From an uncultured Planctomycetaceae bacterium (GTDB lineage Bacteria; Planctomycetota; Phycisphaerae; SM23-33): a stretch of 64,000 bases of DNA. The stretch spans positions 12,705 through 76,704 of the forward strand of contig CAZVYJ010000001.1 of NCBI GenBank assembly GCA_964631565.1, read 5' to 3'. Positions 59,687 to 64,000 of this stretch are shown piece by piece; the stretch's first letter is position 1, and each line of letters starts with the position of its first letter. The notes under the pieces are model-generated. The model made no database searches, was not told the DNA's origin, and saw only the letters and a program-made list of their open reading frames with translations. Position numbers and translations under genes: made by a program.

Positions 59687-61315
59687 ATGGCAAAGAAAAA
59701 GATCGTATTCGATACTGAAGCCCGCGAGGCCATTCGTCGCGGCGTCAAGCAGCTCGCGCGGGCGGTCAAGGTGACTCTCGGCCCGACGGGCCGCGTCGTC
59801 GTGCTCGAAAAATCGTACGGCGCGCCGACCGTCACCAAGGACGGCGTCTCCGTCGCGAAGGAAATCGAACTGGAAGACCCCAATGAGAACATGGGCGCCC
59901 AGATGGTGAAGGAAGTTGCGTCGAAGACATCCAACATTGCCGGCGACGGCACGACCACGGCGACCATTTATGCCGAAGCCATCTTCGAAGAAGGCCTCAA
60001 GAACGTCGCGGCCGGCGCCAAGGCGATGCAGCTGAAGCGGGGCATCGACAAGGCCGTTGAGGCAGTCGTGGCCGAGCTGGCGAAGATGTCCAAGCCCATC
60101 AGGAGTTCCAGGGAAATCGCCCAGGTCGGCACCTGTGCAGCCAACCAGGACGCGACCATCGGCAAGCAGATTGCCGACGCCATGGACAAGGTCGGCAAGG
60201 ACGGCGTAATCACCGTTGAAGAGGGCAAGGGCCTGGAGACGAACGTTGACCTGGTCGAAGGCATGCAGTTCGACAAGGGCTACATTTCGCCTCACTTCAT
60301 CAACAAGATCGAAACGATGGAGGTGGATTTCGAAAAGCCGTTCATCCTCGTTCACGAAAAGAAAATTTCCGCCATCAAGGACCTTGTTCCGCTGCTGGAG
60401 AAGATCGCCCAGTCTGGCCGGCCGCTCGTTATCGTGGCCGAGGACGTCGAAGGCGAAGCGCTGGCGACCCTTGTGGTCAACAAGCTTCGCGGCACGCTGC
60501 AGTGCTGTGCGGTAAAGGCGCCGGGCTTTGGCGACCGCCGCAAGGAAATGATGCGCGACATCGCGGTTCTCACCGGCGGCAAGGCGATCATGGAAGACAT
60601 GGGCCTTTCGCTCGAGAACATCCAGATATCCGACCTCGGCTCGGCCAAGAGAGTCCGCATCGACAAGGAAAACACGACCATTATCGAAGGCGCCGGCAGC
60701 AATGCTGAAATCAAGGCCCGCATCGAGCAGATAAAGACCGAGATCGAAGCCACCACCAGCGATTACGACAAGGAAAAGCTCCAGGAACGCCTGGCGAAAC
60801 TTTCCGGCGGCGTGGCCCAGATTAACGTCGGGGCGGCCACCGAAGTCGAAATGAAGGAAAAGAAGGCCCGCGTCGAGGACGCTCTGCACGCCTGCCGCGC
60901 AGCCGTGGAAGAGGGCATACTGCCGGGCGGCGGTGTGGCTCCGCTGCGTGCATTGAAAGCTCTCGACAAGCTCAAAGGCGCAACAGAAGACGAATCGACC
61001 GGTATCGACATCATCCGCCGGGCGCTGGTCGCGCCTATAAAGCAGATTGCCGAGAACTCCGGTCTGGACGGCAGCATCGTCGCCGCCAAGGTCATGGAAA
61101 GCGACGATGTGAATTTCGGCTACGATGCACTGGCCGCAAAGTATTGCGACATGATCGAGGCCGGCGTAATCGTACCGACAAAAGTCGAACGCACCGCGCT
61201 GCAGAACGCGGCCTCCGTTGCCGGCCTGCTGCTGACCACCGATGCGATGGTCAGCGAGATTCCGGAAAAAAAGCCCGCAGCCCCCGCAGGCGCCGGAATG
61301 GACGACATGTATTAA
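59687..61315 (+). CDS. groEL: chaperonin GroEL
   Basis: [20 protein letters not shown]...[17 protein letters not shown]...C-terminal AGMDDMY. Confidence 0.97.
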   Translation: MAKKKIVFDTEAREAIRRGVKQLARAVKVTLGPTGRVVVLEKSYGAPTVTKDGVSVAKEIELEDPNENMGAQMVKEVASKTSNIAGDGTTTATIYAEAIFEEGLKNVAAGAKAMQLKRGIDKAVEAVVAELAKMSKPIRSSREIAQVGTCAANQDATIGKQIADAMDKVGKDGVITVEEGKGLETNVDLVEGMQFDKGYISPHFINKIETMEVDFEKPFILVHEKKISAIKDLVPLLEKIAQSGRPLVIVAEDVEGEALATLVVNKLRGTLQCCAVKAPGFGDRRKEMMRDIAVLTGGKAIMEDMGLSLENIQISDLGSAKRVRIDKENTTIIEGAGSNAEIKARIEQIKTEIEATTSDYDKEKLQERLAKLSGGVAQINVGAATEVEMKEKKARVEDALHACRAAVEEGILPGGGVAPLRALKALDKLKGATEDESTGIDIIRRALVAPIKQIAENSGLDGSIVAAKVMESDDVNFGYDALAAKYCDMIEAGVIVPTKVERTALQNAASVAGLLLTTDAMVSEIPEKKPAAPAGAGMDDMY

Positions 61316-61497
61316 AAGCAGGGAGTAGGGAATAGGGAGCAGGCAGCAGCATTTGGAGTGTTCCGCTTCTGACTAACCGCAAGCGTGAGCGAGCGGGTAA
61401 ATTACAGGAAGCGGACAGCAGGGCTTGTCACGCCGGCTTGTCTCGCCGTAGCTTCAGCGCAGGCGGAAGTCTTGGCGAAGGCGGGAACAGTAAAAAC

Positions 61498-61525
61498 AAA
61501 GCGGGGTCCGTACGGGCCCCGCTTT
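61498..61525 (+). terminator. intrinsic terminator ~180 nt downstream of groEL
   Basis: aaaGCGGGGtccgtacgggCCCCGCtttgtt: 6-9 bp GC stem, then T-tract. Confidence 0.6.
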
Positions 61526-61683
61526 GTTATGCGCCGGCGATGGGTGGCCCGTACGGGTTCACTCATTCCGTGTATGGACTGCGTTTTTATACGCAAAACG
61601 CAACCGGGCGTTTTTTGATTGTTGCAGCAGGCAGCGGGCTGATATTCTTACAACCGCACTTTCATGAATAAAGGGGCACATGC

Positions 61684-62490
61684 ATGATAGCTGAATGGCA
61701 ATGGCAGAAATGGGCGGTCTTTTCGGTTCCGTTTGTTTTGATCGTACTGGGCGTTCTCTCGTGGCTGCTGCTGCGAAGAACAATCCGTTCGCGGGTGCGT
61801 GTCGAAAGGCAGCTTCGTGACGATCCGGATATCAACGACTGGCTGGTCGTGTTCAACTGGAGCCGCAAGGTGCTTTACGTGCCGACCATCATCGCGTCGA
61901 TTGTCGCCGCAATTATCATGTTCATCCGCCCGACCGGCGACCATGCCGGGATAGTCGGCGGGATATGGCTGGCCATTTTCTTCGTCAACTTCCTAGTCGA
62001 CGAATACGAGATGAGCGTCAAGCTGCTGCTTATCGTGCTGCTGTGCCTGATTGTCCTGTTCCTGTGGCTGTCGTTCATGGACTGGCTGGGCGATTTTCTG
62101 GGCATGTTCAAAAAACTCTCGGTCACCATCAACGGTCTCGGCTACCTGATTATCGCTCTCATATTCCTGCTTGCCATCGGTGTGTCATGGCTGCGGGGAC
62201 TGTTCTACTACGTGGCGATTACGCCGAACTACCTCAACATCCAGACCGGGCCGACCGAGACCGGCGAGCAGATTTCACGCGAGGAATACAGCACGCGGGT
62301 GGACACGGGCGACTTCCTCGAGCGGCTGCTTGGATTCGGACGGATTATCATAACCTTCGACGACCACCGACGCCTGCCTATGATGCTGCTCGTCTGGCGC
62401 ATAGGCAAAAGCGCCGCACGGCTCGAATCCATTCGCGGCAAGATATCCGTCGACTTCCATCAGACAGACCGCGGCGAGACGAACAGTTAG
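61684..62490 (+). CDS. hypothetical integral membrane protein (4-5 TM)
   Basis: ATG after aaaggggcacatgc. Hydrophobic helices FSVPFVLIVLGVLSWLLL, IIASIVAAIIMFI, LLLIVLLCLIVLFLWLSF, LGYLIIALIFLLAIGV. No recognisable family. Confidence 0.5.
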   Translation: MIAEWQWQKWAVFSVPFVLIVLGVLSWLLLRRTIRSRVRVERQLRDDPDINDWLVVFNWSRKVLYVPTIIASIVAAIIMFIRPTGDHAGIVGGIWLAIFFVNFLVDEYEMSVKLLLIVLLCLIVLFLWLSFMDWLGDFLGMFKKLSVTINGLGYLIIALIFLLAIGVSWLRGLFYYVAITPNYLNIQTGPTETGEQISREEYSTRVDTGDFLERLLGFGRIIITFDDHRRLPMMLLVWRIGKSAARLESIRGKISVDFHQTDRGETNS

Positions 62491-62569
62491 TTGGTCGGCG
62501 ATAAGACTTTGCTATCAAAATAGTTATATTCAACTACGGCATTAACCTTATTTTTTTTGTGTAACACAC

Positions 62570-62598
62570 TTGCAGAGAACGATTTCTGTGGGATAATC
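62570..62598 (+). promoter_or_regulatory. sigma70-like promoter (TTGCAG-17 nt-ATAATC) upstream of the PEP-CTERM gene
   Basis: cacTTGCAGagaacgatttctgtgggATAATCtt in an AT-rich 224-nt intergenic region. Followed by a 7-bp-stem leader hairpin ctctcgt...acgagag and a ggagg RBS. Confidence 0.5.
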
Positions 62599-62714
62599 TT
62601 CTGACTGTTTCTCTCGTGCTCGGCTCAACATTCCAACGAAACGAGAGCGATCAAGCGGCAGTGTCCGCGTAAAGAGAGTTTTTAGTAAAATTTTTTTACA
62701 ATGGAGGCAATCTC

Positions 62715-63557
62715 ATGACGAGATGGTTTGTTATTTTTGCTGCGGTTCTGGTATGCGCTGCAGGCTCCGCACAGGCAAAGGTGTTTGATAACTACATCGA
62801 GATGTATGCGGCGAAGTATCTTACTTCGGATGGTATTGGCTATCAGGGCGGCTTCACTGTCAATATAGAGGGCCTCAATAGCTCCGACCTTACCATTGAA
62901 GGTGTCGGCATCATGAATTCCGAATGGGGCGGCCCTGAAGAAATGAACAACGATTCCAGCGGCGAATATTATCTTGATTCCGATGAAGACATGGCATTTG
63001 AGGACCTGACGATAAACGGCACATGGTATATCGACGTAGTCACCAGTGACGGCACAGGAATGTATGACAGTATTTACAGCTGGACAATCAGCGGCGTAAC
63101 GCCTGACACGTGGAACGCCATTCCGTCAATCACCAGCCCGGAAGACATGGACGTGACAACGAATCTGCGGCCGACGTTCACATGGACCGTCGACAGTATA
63201 AATGACGGAGCCAGGCTGTTTGTCAAAATCACTCAGGACGGTGAGGATGACACATTTAAGTACCAGGAAGAACTCGATCCCAACACGCAGCTTGAATGGA
63301 TGCCCGATTTTGATTTGTCGCCCGGGACACTTGACTTCACGGTATTTTACGCAATACCTCTCAGCCTGCAGGTGAGCTACGACGCGGAAGCCAGTGCCTA
63401 TCAGGGCACGCCAGGCGGCGACATCGTAGCATGGGCTGATGCGGAAGCATATTTTGTCGCGGCCGACAGCGTTGAAATCGAAATAGTCCCCGAACCGGCC
63501 ACGATTTCACTGCTTGGCCTCGGCGCACTGGCTATAATTAGAAGGAAAAGGAGTTAA
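62715..63557 (+). CDS. PEP-CTERM sorting domain-containing secreted protein
   Basis: Signal peptide MTRWFVIFAAVLVCAAGSAQA. C-terminus VPEPATISLLGLGALAIIRRKRS (PEP motif + TM + basic tail). Confidence 0.85.
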   Translation: MTRWFVIFAAVLVCAAGSAQAKVFDNYIEMYAAKYLTSDGIGYQGGFTVNIEGLNSSDLTIEGVGIMNSEWGGPEEMNNDSSGEYYLDSDEDMAFEDLTINGTWYIDVVTSDGTGMYDSIYSWTISGVTPDTWNAIPSITSPEDMDVTTNLRPTFTWTVDSINDGARLFVKITQDGEDDTFKYQEELDPNTQLEWMPDFDLSPGTLDFTVFYAIPLSLQVSYDAEASAYQGTPGGDIVAWADAEAYFVAADSVEIEIVPEPATISLLGLGALAIIRRKRS

Positions 63558-63605
63558 TTCTGAGGAGACGTGGTCGTTAGCTCGACGACGTAGAATTAAC
63601 TTTCA

Positions 63606-63645
63606 ACCGGGTCGCTGTTGATTCAGCGGCCCGGTTTCTTTTTAA
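63606..63645 (+). terminator. intrinsic terminator after the PEP-CTERM gene
   Basis: aaCCGGGTCGCTGttgattCAGCGGCCCGGtttctttttaat: 11-bp stem (1 mismatch) plus T-tract. Confidence 0.7.
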
Positions 63646-63646
63646 T

Positions 63647-64000
63647 ATGGTTGTGAACACCGCAACCTCACAATTCGACGTCAAGACGCACCGCCGCGAC
63701 GAAATGATCGACATAACGCCGCAGGTGCAGCATGCGATAGACTCATCCGGCGTGGCCGACGGCGTGGTTACCATTTATGTCCCGCACACGACAGCCGGCG
63801 TGACGATTAACGAAAACGCCGACCCGGACGTCATTCACGATATTCTGGCAGCGCTAGATACGGCCGTTCCGTGGCGGCAGAGTTTTTACCGGCACGGCGA
63901 GGGCAACTCAGCCGCCCACGTCAAAAGCTCCATGGTCGGCTGCTCGGCCCATGTACCGGTTTCAGGCGGGCGAATGACGCTCGGCACGTGGCAGTCGGTG
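63647..64000 (+). CDS. YjbQ/UPF0047 family protein (secondary thiamine-phosphate synthase-like), 3-prime partial
   Basis: ATG at 63647. MVVNTATSQFDVKTHRRDEMIDITPQV...GVVTIYVPHTTAGVTINENADPDV...HGEGNSAAHVKSSMVGCS matches YjbQ. Runs off the window end, so not in the ORF track. Confidence 0.7.
   Translation, partial: MVVNTATSQFDVKTHRRDEMIDITPQVQHAIDSSGVADGVVTIYVPHTTAGVTINENADPDVIHDILAALDTAVPWRQSFYRHGEGNSAAHVKSSMVGCSAHVPVSGGRMTLGTWQSV

Noticed and set aside
59648-60889. 413-aa minus-strand ORF opposite groEL
   Set aside because: groEL is certain, so this is antisense.

Overview
High-GC (~62%) bacterial chromosomal window. PEP-CTERM sorting signal, 4-nt ATGA start/stop overlaps and weak Shine-Dalgarno usage suggest Planctomycetota/Verrucomicrobiota-like, but phylum cannot be fixed from sequence alone. 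Content left to right: (i) 456-9963, a tight plus-strand operon of three SPFH/band-7 (HflK/HflC-like) membrane proteins, one fused to an ~8-TM N-terminal domain, then an ABC ATPase, an ABC-2 permease with a giant extracytoplasmic loop and a 635-aa unknown membrane-anchored protein. (ii) 10322-14304, three tandem paralogous secreted proteins; the two recent copies are ~93% nt-identical except for a swapped ~120-nt cassette. (iii) 14291-30639, a ~16-kb minus-strand metalloid-resistance / thiol-redox island made of two ArsR-headed operons: arsR-acr3-arsM-arsC, then a 14-gene operon (ArsR, ArsP-like permease, complete tripartite RND pump, FwdE-like, DGC, four thioredoxin-fold proteins, two small CxxC exported proteins, CcdA/ArsG-like, tandem UspA). 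A frameshifted tsaA sits at the island border. (iv) kdsD-kdsC followed by a 1079-aa LptC/LptA-like repeat protein. (v) Housekeeping genes: larE, pepP-like, accB-accC, PPi-type PFK, GH127, apgM, rpsB-tsf-pyrH-frr, groES-groEL, tRNA-Glu(UUC), tRNA-Lys(UUU). (vi) 48688-55086, a polysaccharide-modification cluster (KpsS/KpsC-like, SAM-MTase, B12-radical SAM, FrhB::pyruvyltransferase fusion). (vii) A conserved ~140-180-nt intergenic element with pseudoknot-type complementarity present in two copies, several clean intrinsic terminators and two sigma70-like promoters. Many long ORF-track entries are GC-driven antisense shadows and were rejected. All functions are inferred from motifs read by eye; no database search was possible. 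Manually placed coordinates of non-ORF features may be off by 1-2 nt.
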